NCBI RefSeq assembly: GCF_036321535.1
Contig: NC_087437.1
Coordinates: forward strand, 25,174,001-25,238,000
Source: Camelus dromedarius
Taxonomy: Eukaryota
Direction: 5' to 3'
Length of the DNA stretch: 64,000 nucleotides
The position numbers were made by a program, and so were the translations under genes. Below the pieces are notes generated by a model, which saw only the letters and a list, made by a program, of their open reading frames with translations, searched no databases and was not told the origin of the DNA. Positions 1-10,984 of this stretch are shown piece by piece; position 1 is the first letter of the stretch, and each line of letters starts with the position of its first letter.

Positions 1-1087
1 GATCAACCATTCAGCAGCTCAAAAAAGAATCAAGTTCATGATGTCTCTATTTTTCTGTTAGTTCACCGTCTATCTCTCATCTTATTTTATTAGTTAGTTA
101 ACAAAGAAAAGAGAACGTCGAATGTTACCAACTAGAACGTGGCAAGTCAAACTCAGGAAGGGGAAAATTAGCATCTTTCCCAATTTATGCACTTATAACA
201 AGCATTTTAAGGGTTCACAGTACAGTCAGTTCCCGAAGAATAAATACAAAAGAAGGCGCAGATGAGTTACAAGGTGGAATTAGAATGGCATAGTTCAGCA
301 TAGTGAATATGGACCCCTTACCAGGAGAGGCAAGAGAAAAAATAAAACTACAAAAGGACTCCCTCTGGGAAAGCTCTCGTGCATTTGGGCCTGCTGTCTG
401 GTTAGAGCAGGCCAAAACTTGATACTTTTATTTCCAACCTTTGACCCTGCACATCTGGAAACCCAATTTGAATCAAACAGAAGGAAGTTTTCTTTTCTAT
501 TTCAAAAACTTTGGGAAAAAAAAATTAAGCACCTAGCATCCATTCTGCTAGCAAAAGCTACTAATACTTACACGCTTATAGGCAACTATAAAATATGGAG
601 CATTTGGTCAGGAAATAAATGCCCCAGAACCTTGGTAATATTAGCACATTGTTATTTCTGATGATGGATTTAGATAGTGGCTGAGACAGCAAAATAACTT
701 GGTACTTTGATGCTCTTTGATGTCCTAATTTAATAGACACCCTCTAATTCCAGAATTCAAAATATGCTGAAGCATTCTATACCCACAAACACACACAATG
801 CATACATATTTGGTGACATGTGCATTTTAAAGGAGTTTTCAACTGCAATAAAATTTTTAATCATTATGTTATATTTTTAAATATAACAAAGCTATTATGT
901 GTTTTGTCATAGTGGCTTTAATTTATTTGGACAATGGTAAAATTAAGATGTTATGTCACGAAATACATATGAAAAATATTTTTTCTTTTTGTGTAAAAAA
1001 TTATTCATTGTGGCATATTAAATTTTTATTTGACAACCTCTAAGACAGTCTCTTAATTATAAAATAAGCATTTATTCACAAAAGATA

Positions 1088-1225
1088 GGCAGTAGGGTAA
1101 ATGGATAAAAATGTACATTATAGGGTCACAGATTCTTGGACTTAGTCATTCAGACCCTTTCTAGCTTTGCTATCTTGGAAAAGTTATTTAGCTTTTCTGA
1201 GCCCAGTTTCCTCATCTATAATAGG
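1088..1225 (+). mobile_element. MIR SINE fragment
   Basis: MIR core match 'ttctgagcccagtttcctcatctataa', preceded by 'tcttggaaaagttatttagc'. Confidence 0.75.
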
Positions 1226-2211
1226 CATTTTGCTGGGAGTACATAGTAGGATTATTGGGAGAAGGAACAGAGGTTTATGTACAGCATAGAGCAGGCTATA
1301 AATGTCATCATCAGAGTTATCTGCATCAACTTCATTGTTAAGCACCTAGCAATTGGAAAATCTGTCCAGTAGGACTGGATAAGTTCCAGAATTATTAATT
1401 GCCCAGACAAATCTAAGTTGTAGCTGTGCTCTTAATTCTCAGAGCCCCAGGGGCCATGGTGGCAATGTGAAAGAGAAACTATCTTCCCTTTGTACACAGA
1501 AACCACACACAGGGATAATTGGATGTTGGTCAGTTCAAAATAGAAAAAACTAGAAACTGCTCATGGCATTTGATTAAATTACATTGCAGAATCCAGATCT
1601 GCTCTATTATGAATATTAACTATCATGTAGTAAATGTTAATCATTAGGAACGGGTCTATTCACGACTCAAAGTGAAAACTATTCTTTCAGCACCATATAA
1701 AAGACATTATGTTATCATGCAGTTTGCCAAAATGAATTGACTTGGAAATAAAGCAATTTCTATTTGCAGTCTATTTATTGTCTTTAATGGGACTGATTCA
1801 ATATTTTCTGGGTCTTTCTTTGCTTTGTTTTATTGTTTTGCCAAGAATTTTTTTGCAAGATTTTGATCTATGCTATGAATTTGTATTTAGCTATGTGGCA
1901 AGAATTCAAAATATTTACTCATTCCCAAAATTTTATGTACATCAAAAAAACACAATCCTTATTTGAGTTTTTGATGTTACCTGTTTTAATAGCAATTAAT
2001 TCATATTCTTATCAACTATTGCCTAAAGCTGTAATATTGAATACATGCTGATACTATCTGACTACTATTTTTACTTGAAGGATAGTTTAATATAGAAATG
2101 CTTACCATAGTCTGTATTTTCTGGTCTCTACATAGAAAAAAAAAACAGTTTATATTTGTACAGTTACATTAATTCCAGAATTTATAATTATAATATTTTT
2201 AAATCATTGAA

Positions 2212-2239
2212 AATAAATAACTAAAAAGAAAAAAATAAA
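2212..2239 (+). terminator. Candidate tandem polyadenylation signals
   Basis: AATAAA at 2212-2217 and 2234-2239, upstream TGTA (2113, 2157), U-rich context and downstream 'ctgtttttatgg'; could be chance in AT-rich DNA. Confidence 0.3.
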
Positions 2240-2506
2240 GTCAACACCCCCATGCAATGTACCTACTGTTTTATGGAAGCAAATGAATAGCTAAAGTGCC
2301 AGTTGTCAAATATGCTTTCGCATCTGAGCTTACACATAGGTGGGAGGGCACGTAGCTGCATTTAGTTTCTTTAAAAAGTACATGCTTTCATTTTCAGCAT
2401 CCACAGTTTTTATTATCACCATAGGAGTACAGAAGCATAATGTTTTGGGTCTCTTTTATTTCTTTTTTTTTCCTTCTTCTTAAATTTTTTTTAAACAAAT
2501 CTCATG

Positions 2507-2554
2507 CCTGTGTTTTCTTTTCGTTTGCAGTTCACACAGCATAGTGAGTTCTGA
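2507..2554 (+). other. Strong splice acceptor; candidate terminal exon or micro-exon of an unidentified gene
   Basis: 'cctgtgttttcttttcgtttgcag|ttcac' with AG at 2529-2530 and an extra pyrimidine tract at 2451-2492. Confidence 0.35.
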
Positions 2555-3415
2555 AAATACACATGCAATTCCCATTATCCACAATGAAGCTTGCACGCAT
2601 CAAGGAGAGAACAGATCCCACTGTAAAGTCTCTTTCTTGTGTGGTATTGTGAGCACCTGGTCTTCTTTATGACAAGCTCCTTGACAAGTTCTTTGGACAC
2701 TTTGTTTATCGTCAGGGAAGGCCATTCTCATCCACAATGTGCAGACGTAGACCCCTTCCAGATGGCCGCCTGTCTTTCCACATGGCAAAACCATGGGACT
2801 TTCCTTTCTCATGTGGACAAATATTTCTACAAGAATTCTTTGTGCTTTGTGGGAGAATTCAAACATGGATAAAAAGCAATTGGTGTACTTACGAACATAA
2901 AAGAAAATGTAGTGTGTATGTAGTTTATGGCTCTTTAAGCACTCATCATTGAGTGGGGACAGGGAGCAACCATTTTGTCAAATTTAGAACCCAATTAGAT
3001 CTTATACTCTAAATTTAGAGCCAGCTTCTAGCCTCTCGTGTTCCATTTCCAATAACCAATATCAGGTTCTCTACATTTATCACAGAAATAACTAGTCAAT
3101 TGGAATAATTGTATTCTATAATGTGTATGCCGCTTACCACATCTCTGTGAATTTATAGTTATTTTTGATAATGAGAAAACCAATGTACTGTTTTAGAACA
3201 ACTTAAATGAATACCTACAACCACACAGGCTGATGGCATAGCCCGTTCCAAATTTAATTGTGAAAACTACCAGTCCTGTTTGCTGACTATTGATCCCCAA
3301 ATACTCCTTGCTCTGGTGGAAGAAATCCCAACCAGGATTCCCATTACAGCTTTGCCCTTCTAAACTGTTCATGTCTGTTAGGTATGTTGAAAGAGAAGTG
3401 ATGTATTACATAGAC

Positions 3416-3775
3416 TATGATGGTTAATTTAATGTGTCAGCTTGGCTAGGTCACAGTACCTAGATGTTTGTTCAAAGATCATTCTATATGTTTATGTGAA
3501 AATATTCTTTATATGAGTTTAACATTTAAATCGGTAAACTTTGAGTAAAGCATATTGTTCTCCATGATTTGGGTGGGCCTTATAATCAATTGAAGGTCTA
3601 AATTGAAAAAGACTGACCTCCCTCAAATAAAAGGGATTTCTGCCAGCAGACTGCCTTCAGATTTGAGTTGCAGCATCAACTCTTTGCTGGAATTTTAGTC
3701 TGCCAGCCTACTCGGCAGATTTTGGACTTGTCAGTCTTCACAATTACATGAGTCAATTATTCCTTAAAATCTCTC

Positions 3776-3808
<33 letters not shown>

Positions 3809-3882
3809 CATCTATCTATCTATCAATCAACTATCCATCCATGCTATTGCTACTGTTTCTCTGGAGAGCCCTGACTAACACA
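3416..3882 (+). mobile_element. MLT2 (ERVL) solo LTR, MLT2B-like
   Basis: Starts 'tatgatggttaatttaatgtgtcagcttggct', ends 'tttctctggagagccctgactaacaca'; degenerate 5-bp TSD tagac/tggat. Confidence 0.9.
3777..3840. repeat. (TATC)n microsatellite inside MLT2
   Basis: Direct reading. Confidence 0.95.
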
Positions 3883-4481
3883 TGGATTAAGTCTTTCCCA
3901 CTATTCTCATAGTGGACTACACCATTTTTAAGTCCCTTAGAGATCCATCACCTACAGTATACAGTATAGCATTGTACATTCTATTCTAAGAGAAGTATCT
4001 AAGATATTCAAGGGTGCACCTGAAAAAATAATAAAATGGAAAAATTACAATTGCATTTCACAATGGTAGCTATATAGCATCAGTCTCTTTAAAATTAGTA
4101 ATAAGAACATCAACCACATAGAATCCAAACTCAGCAGTGCTGCCCAGAATTTAACTATTTGATAGCCAAAAAATATTTCCTAAATGAGAACTCAATGAAA
4201 ACAAAACAGAAAGGAAGGAGGAAGAAAGGGGAAGGAAAAATGGATATTTCAACAAAGCATGTGTATGGTTGAAATCTAATTGTGCTGACATTATTCAATA
4301 CTAATTTTAGGAAAACTAAGCACTGAAATTTTCAGCCAACCTAATATTCACAAGTATCAAGACAATGTATAAAGACATCAGAAGATGACGGACATTGTAT
4401 TCTTCAATGTTACCACCACTAGAATTATCATTTGAGACATTACCTCCTTATAATTGTTAATTCTGGGTCTGTATTTTTCTT

Positions 4482-4491
4482 CACACACACA

Positions 4492-4547
<56 letters not shown>
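4482..4547. repeat. (CA)n microsatellite, about 33 units with one interruption
   Basis: Direct reading; explains the CVCVCV ORF. Confidence 0.98.
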
Positions 4548-4549
<2 letters not shown>

Positions 4550-4579
4550 GTATAAGAGACAGAACACCCATTAATTTCC

Positions 4580-4860
4580 CAAATATTTATTGAGCACATT
4601 CTATGCACCACCTACCATGTGAGGCACCAGCAATACAACAGTGAACTGGAGAAATCATCTCTGTCCATCAGGATTTTACAATCCAGCAGTAAATACACCA
4701 AAACAAAGAGGAAAGCACATTAGGGTCGGACAAAGTGATGCGACTGAAAAATTGGAGTGTGTTAGGGAGCACAGTGGAGACACAGTTAATCTGACCTTGG
4801 GTGTCCGGAAAGGAAGTCTAAGAGAAGGAGTAAGAAGATGTTAGGCAGGCAGAGAGCAAG
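4580..4860 (-). mobile_element. L2 LINE 3' end
   Basis: 'caaatatttattgagcac...ctatgcacca...aggcaccagcaatacaacagtgaac' is the reverse complement of the L2 tail. Confidence 0.8.
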
Positions 4861-6252
4861 GTAAGACTGTTGAGTCACGTTTTGTTGCTAAAGATGAGCT
4901 CAATTATCCAAATCCAAATTTTCCTTTTCTGTTTAGAGGCTCTGCACTCTCAAGAAATCGTTTCTATTCACTTTGCACGTGGGAATCCAGTCTTTGTATT
5001 TGTGTTCCCAAGTGTGACACTTTTTTAAAAAGAAGTTTACTGTATACGTGACTAAAGGTTGGCATGATGTTATCATTCTGTCGTTGGTAAACTCCGCCCC
5101 CAGAACGCTGTCAGTAATACAAGCCAGTGGAAAGGAACAAAGGACATGATTATGCAGACACAATTTATATTTCATTTTGGAGGGCAGCCAGAGATAAATA
5201 CAGTCACGTGCAAACTCTCCATTTACAAAACCCCCGCCTGAGAGTCGTGACTAGAGGCAGCAAAGGGAGAGAAGTGAGACTAGCTTTTCCCAAACCCTGC
5301 TCTGTGTGGTATCAATGTGCATTCTGGAAAAAGAAACAAACAAACAAAAGTGCAAGGGAACCTGACATTAGGAACATTGTTTTTCTAAAAAGTAGCATAT
5401 AGATGGGTTCCAAAATTATATAGATCTAGATAATTATTTTTATGCAAAAATTGTGTGAGGTCTGCCACCTCAGAGAAGGCTAGAAAACTGCTGAGCTTTG
5501 AATAAAGGCATGGCAACCCAGCTGTCCAGCTACACACAGCCAACCCCTTCCAGTAACCATCTCATCGTATGTCATCTTGTAGATGACTGCTGATTCAAAC
5601 TGTGTATGTACGATGTATCTGGTGGTTATTGTATATTAAACATATAAATTAAATCTGGTGTCAGACCATGAAGCTATTAGTTTTTCCATGAGACAACTTT
5701 TTGCTTTCTCCTTTATTCAAGCAGGCATTAGAGTTCACAAGTGTTTGGAAAATACATTATAATTTTTTAAGTTTTATGGTCAAATAAGTTTTGGAGATAC
5801 TGTTCTGCATAATTTGAATGAAAATAATTCACTGGTAGATAATTACAGTGAATCAGTCTTGGAAGAGGAATCAGGAGTCCGATTGTTTACATCACATTTC
5901 ATATAAATATACACACATATGTCTATGCGTGTGTGTTTCAACTATCAGAAGAAGTGAAGAAATTGTTAAAAATAAGAGTGTTTTACATGTTTCATACTTG
6001 CTGTAAATAGGGTGAAAGAAAGCATTGAAAAAATATTTTCAACTTTAGGCATTGATTTAAATATGGAGATAAGGCTATGATCCTGGGACTAATGACATTT
6101 TAAAGAAGGAGGTGGACCAGCGAAACTGGGGGCAAAATCCAGAAGTATTCTTTCTGCCATGTACAAGAGAATAATTTGAGCCACCCCCAGTTACGAATCA
6201 CTGTTATAACCCTAAACATACTCCACTACCATCCTCTTATCCTCATATTTTG

Positions 6253-6940
6253 TGTTATGGACTGAATGCTGTGTCCCTCAAAATTGGGATGTTGAAATCT
6301 GTTAAAAGATAGGCTGAGGAACATTCAGTTTTTTGAAAGTTTACTTGACCACCTCATCCAGAATCAGGCAGTGCCAAACCAGAAGCGGAAAGCGGTGCTC
6401 CGCCCGCAAGAGCTGGAGGTGAGGTCTTTAATGGAGAAAGCTCGGAAGCAACGTAAGGCGATTATTTGATAGGCTATAATTTACGCGGCTGCCTTATTGG
6501 AGAAAACCCAGCTGGCTGGCTGTGGTTGTCGTTCTCACCTTTCATTTTCTTGGATTCAAGTGCACTGACTCCGGCTCAGATTTTGGTCTGCTTACAGAGG
6601 TGACCAAGGCCTCATTTCATTACTTTAACAAATCGAATTCTCCAATGTGATGGCATTGGGAAGTGGGGCCTTTGGAAGGTAATTAGGTCATGTGGGTGGA
6701 GCTCTTATGAATCAGTGCCCTTTTAAGAGCAGGCCAGAGAGACAGCTTGCTCCTTTCCTCCATGTGAAGATACAACAAGAAGCTGACAGTCCATGACCCA
6801 GAAGAGGCTCTCACCTGAGCTGATCACACTGGTATCCTGATCCCAGACTTCTAGCCTCCACCACTGTGAGAAATACACGTCTATTTATAAGCCACCCAGT
6901 CCACGGTAGTTTTTTATAGCAGCCCTAAGTGACTAAGACG
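6253..6940 (+). mobile_element. MLT1A-like MaLR solo LTR, split by a nested LTR
   Basis: 'tgttatggactgaatg..gtgtccctcaaaatt' ... 'taagccacccagt...tatagcagccc...gactaagacg'. Confidence 0.9.
6300..6630 (-). mobile_element. ERV1-class solo LTR nested in MLT1A
   Basis: 7-bp inverted termini TGTTAAA...TTTAACA; perfect 4-bp TSD aatc (6296-6299 and 6631-6634); strand inferred from a polyA-signal-like motif. Confidence 0.85.
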
Positions 6941-6944
6941 CCTT

Positions 6945-7145
6945 GTTTGATTTCTCTCTCTCTTTTTTTAACATAGCACTCCTCTCTGACATTATGTTAC
7001 ATATCTATTTATTTTTATTTTTTTAAGCTACTTCTTACTCTCAGTTTCACAAATAAGCTTGTTGAAGTCAGGGATTTTATCTTATACATTGTTGTGTCCC
7101 CAGTATCTAAAACAGTGCTATGTACACAATAGGTGCTTACTCATG
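6945..7145 (+). mobile_element. L2 LINE 3' end
   Basis: 'aagtcagggattttatc...gttgtgtccccagtatctaaaacagtgc...aataggtgctta'. Confidence 0.8.
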
Positions 7146-7769
7146 AACAAGTCAACAGTAGAGGATACCACAGAGTGTTTTCACCACTCCAAACAGTCAA
7201 TGCGGCATAAACAGCTTTCAAAAGTCATTTCAGTTAAAGCCTTCCTCTAGGAAGAGCCGAAACTGCCAGGATGGGGCTGATAATTAGCTACAGCCATCCT
7301 TTTTTCAAGTGTCATATTTCAAGATTACGATTACATTGTGCATTTTAAAATATGGATTGAGAAATAATTGTTGAATGAAGGACTGAGAGGCTTAACATAC
7401 TATAACATTTTATTCACAAAATATAAAACATAAAAGGAAATATTAAATCTTAACATTCACCAAAATTAATTTCCTCATAGATAATTAAACTACAGAACTC
7501 ACGGGTGCTTCCCTACTCATGGCTTGTTGGACATCATGAGGCCCGTGTTCCTGAGTAGAAACAATCCACGGGGCACGATTACTCTTGGTCGCATGGGAAC
7601 GGGGCATGTGCTTGACAGTTATTTGACATCCTGACCCTTCACTCTGTAACTCCGTCTTCCTGGCTGCTGAAGTCACCTGAATTGAGCCCTAATTCAGAGG
7701 TTCAATGAGGAACGCACAACGATTAGCAAAGCCCTCCTCAAGCTGGGAAGGGGGTCTTCGTCTGTTAGT

Positions 7770-7803
7770 CTGCAGGTTTAAAAGAGACCTGCAGGGGGCA
7801 ATG
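7770..7803 (+). promoter_or_regulatory. Candidate CTCF site with upstream module
   Basis: Core agaCCTGCAGGGGGCAat, preceded by ctgcaggttt with a 5-bp spacer. Confidence 0.55.
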
Positions 7804-8507
7804 ATGAGGGAAGAGGCCCCACCCAGGCAGCCATGCATCGATGAATCATCCAGGCATCGATGGGCTACCCTATGCAGATATCACAACCTAAGTGAGTTTC
7901 ACAACCACCTTCATTTAGTAAGACATAGACCAGCTGTTAAAAAATAGTAATAATAATGAGGTTAAGCAATTTAACTACCATATCCATGTAATCACAGACT
8001 CTGGTCCAAAAAATACAGTAACTCTCTACTTGTAATTATTATCCTTGAGCATCTTGTTTCCCCATATCGCAGAACACTAAGAAAATGAACTTCTATTTGT
8101 CTCTCTTCAAATACAGGACGGTTTAATGTTATGATAAATCAGATGGCACTAAAATTAATAACTATCAGGGGCAGTGTATTATTACAGTAATTTATAATGC
8201 ACAGTACAGCTCTTCTAGTGTAATGGATGATCCTCCTAATGATGGCTCTGCTGCAATGTAGCAACCAGTAGATACTTCTACGTTCACAGAGTGACATGCC
8301 TCAGAGTTTCATGATTTTTAGTGCAGAGAATTAGATCAGGAAGTATTTTTGTATTCCTTGTCACATTTCAATTTTTGCCACAATGCATATAGCATTGTTA
8401 TATTCTGTTATTATTATTATCTAGTCCTGTGTCTTCAATAAAAGAACAGATGAAGAAGTAAGAATGCAAGTCTAAAGGCCAGAACTCTGCGGTACTCCTA
8501 ATATTCC

Positions 8508-8977
8508 TGTGGAAGGCAGATCTTAAAGTGGGTCCAGGGATCCCTACCTCTAGGTGTTAATACTTTGTACAATCGCCTTCTCAGGACTTGCTTTTAAGAT
8601 GATGGGATGTCACTGCCATGACTATGTTATGTTCTATGGCCAAGGTCATGGGATGCCGCTCCTGTGACTACCCTGCAGTGTATAAGACTCCACCTTGCTA
8701 GCAAACTTGCCCTAGAGGTGTCATCTTCCTTACTGACTTTGAAGAAGCTGCCATGAATCCTAAAGCTGCAAGGAAGTGAATTCTGTCAACATTCTGAGGG
8801 AGCTTGGAAGCAAATCCTTTCCCAGTTGTTCTGATGAGACTGCAAACCCAACCTGCATCTTGATTCCAACCTCCTAGAACCCAGCTTAGCCAAACCTCAG
8901 CTGCGAGATAGCAAGAGTATGTTATTTGAAATCACTGTTTGTGGCAATTTGTTATGTGGTGCTAGAAAACCAACACG
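8508..8977 (+). mobile_element. MLT1E-like MaLR solo LTR
   Basis: 'tgtggaaggcagatcttaaag' ... 'gtttgtggcaatttgttatg...tagaaaaccaacacg'; TSD attcc/attac. Confidence 0.85.
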
Positions 8978-9439
8978 ATTACATCCTATGGACCTCATCC
9001 TAGACTTCTGATCTAAAGTTATCTCTGTGGAATTCCTTTTGATATTAATACAGCTTCAGAATCTATCAGATTTTTTTTTTTGCAGAGGGAGAGGCCTAGG
9101 AAAGTATGGACCTGAAATCTTACCAGTTCCAGAAACATTCACTGACTAACTCCCAGACATTTTATTATATGCTAGGGCAACATATATGAATAAGATACTT
9201 TTCTACTTTTCAAGGAGATTATAGTAGGAGGAGAAAAACACAGAAAATAATTATTTCAACATACACGTGCTATTGCCTTTGGGTACAAAAATGGGGCAGG
9301 GAGGGCTGGTACAGGTACAGACGGCCTCTTTGATCAAATGATTCTAAAATGGAAATGCCATCCAAGAGAAAGAAAGAAAACTTGCCTTGTTGAGCTTCTG
9401 AGCACTAGAAAATTGATTAACAGTGATTATAACAACAAC

Positions 9440-9655
9440 TCAATAGGTAATATTCATATATTCTTTGCTAGGTACCAGGGATTGTTCTGTATGCATTATT
9501 TAACTAATTCCTACAATAATTCAATGATATGAATATTAGCCTCATTTTATAGATGAGGAAACTGAGAGTTTAAGGAACAGCTCAATGGTGAGAAAGAGAG
9601 GATTCGTCCCTCTAACTTCTCCATGACTCCTGGACTTACGTTCTTCCCACTAAAA
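9440..9655 (-). mobile_element. MIR SINE
   Basis: 'ctcattttatagatgaggaaactgag' core. Confidence 0.85.
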
Positions 9656-9719
9656 TGCTATCTTGTGAGAAAGACTCTTTTGACCTGCCTCCCCCTCGCC
9701 CTTCTAAACTGCAAGCTCT

Positions 9720-9930
9720 CTGCATTTCCTTTGGTTCCCATGGTTTCCTGATCCTACATCTTTAAAACACCAATTATTCTCTGTTACAATTATTTCATAA
9801 CTCATGTGTCAGCCTGAACAGAGTTTAAATCATTTGACAGCTGATACTGTCCAAATCATTTTTGGTCTCTTGTTTCTGTCACAAGTCCTAAAATAATTGT
9901 GCCCAATAAATGGCACATGGATGAATGAAT
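9720..9930 (+). mobile_element. L2 LINE 3' end
   Basis: Ends 'gcccaataaatggcacatggatgaatgaat'. Confidence 0.6.
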
Positions 9931-10164
9931 GTTTAGGGTCTCTATAGACAAAATAAATACTCATTTTACTTGTTATATTTCCTGGATTTTAATTAATTCT
10001 TATTTATAAACATTTTTAATAACAACAAAAAGCAGATGAATAAATAAATGAAAGATAAATGGATGGATGGATGGGTAGATAGATAGATAATATAAATCAG
10101 TAGATAGGTATCTTGCACAAGAAACATCAAAGGATGCTTCAAGGGAGTGTATACTGATAGCCAG

Positions 10165-10394
10165 AACTACTTACCACTAACTCCATGTCAGGGCATTATG
10201 CTAAATTCTTCACAAGATTTTTTCATTTAATCTTCACAGCAACCCTATGAGGGAGAAACTCATCCTATTATACAGATGAGGAAAGTGAAGACTGAAGAGG
10301 TTCACAACTTGCCCTCAGTCATAGAGCATGTGAGCAGGATTGTAACCCGGGCAGTCAGTCTAATGTTTGTGTCTGCACCCTTCACCACTGCACT
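10165..10394 (-). mobile_element. MIR SINE
   Basis: 'tcatttaatcttcacagcaaccctatga...tacagatgaggaaagtga...aacttgccc'. Confidence 0.9.
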
Positions 10395-10535
10395 TAGGTC
10401 TATAGTTTGCCTTCCTATTTTTGTTTCTGTCTATTGTAATGAGTTAATTATATTCTACATAAGAGTATTTTGAGGCTTTTTCTGGACCAGTTATGTGGGG
10501 CAATGAAGTTCAAAAACAAAACAGGCCTTACTCCC

Positions 10536-10984
10536 TGTAGTTGAATGGTGGCCTCCCCAAAATGTGATTCCATCTTAACCCCTGGAGGTTGTAAATGTGA
10601 CCTTATTTGGAAAAAGGGTCTTTGCAGCTGTAATTAAGTAAAGGATTTTTGAGATGAGATCATCCTGGATCCCTGAGTGGGCCGTAAATCCCATGGCAAG
10701 TGTCCTTATAAAAGACAGAAGCAAAGACAGTCACATGGAGGAAAAGGCTAGGTGAAGACAAAGGCAGAGATCAGAGTGACGTGGCCACAAGAAACACCAG
10801 AAGCCACTAGAAGCTGGAACAGGCCAGGAAGGATTCTTTCTAAAGGCTTTGGAAGGAGGACAACCCTGCTGAGCATCTTGATTTCAGACTTCTGGCCTCC
10901 AGAATGATGAGAAAATACATTTCTGTTGCTTGAAGTCATCAAGCTTCTGGTAATTTGTTATTGCAACCCTGGGAAGCTAAAACA
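10536..10984 (+). mobile_element. MLT1C-like MaLR solo LTR
   Basis: 'aatgtgaccttatttggaaaaagggtctttgcag' and 'gatttcagacttctggcctccagaa'. Confidence 0.92.

Noticed and set aside
1353..1389. Short imperfect hairpin tgtccagt-agg-actggata
   Set aside because: The stem is short enough to occur by chance, or is a tiny DNA-transposon relic
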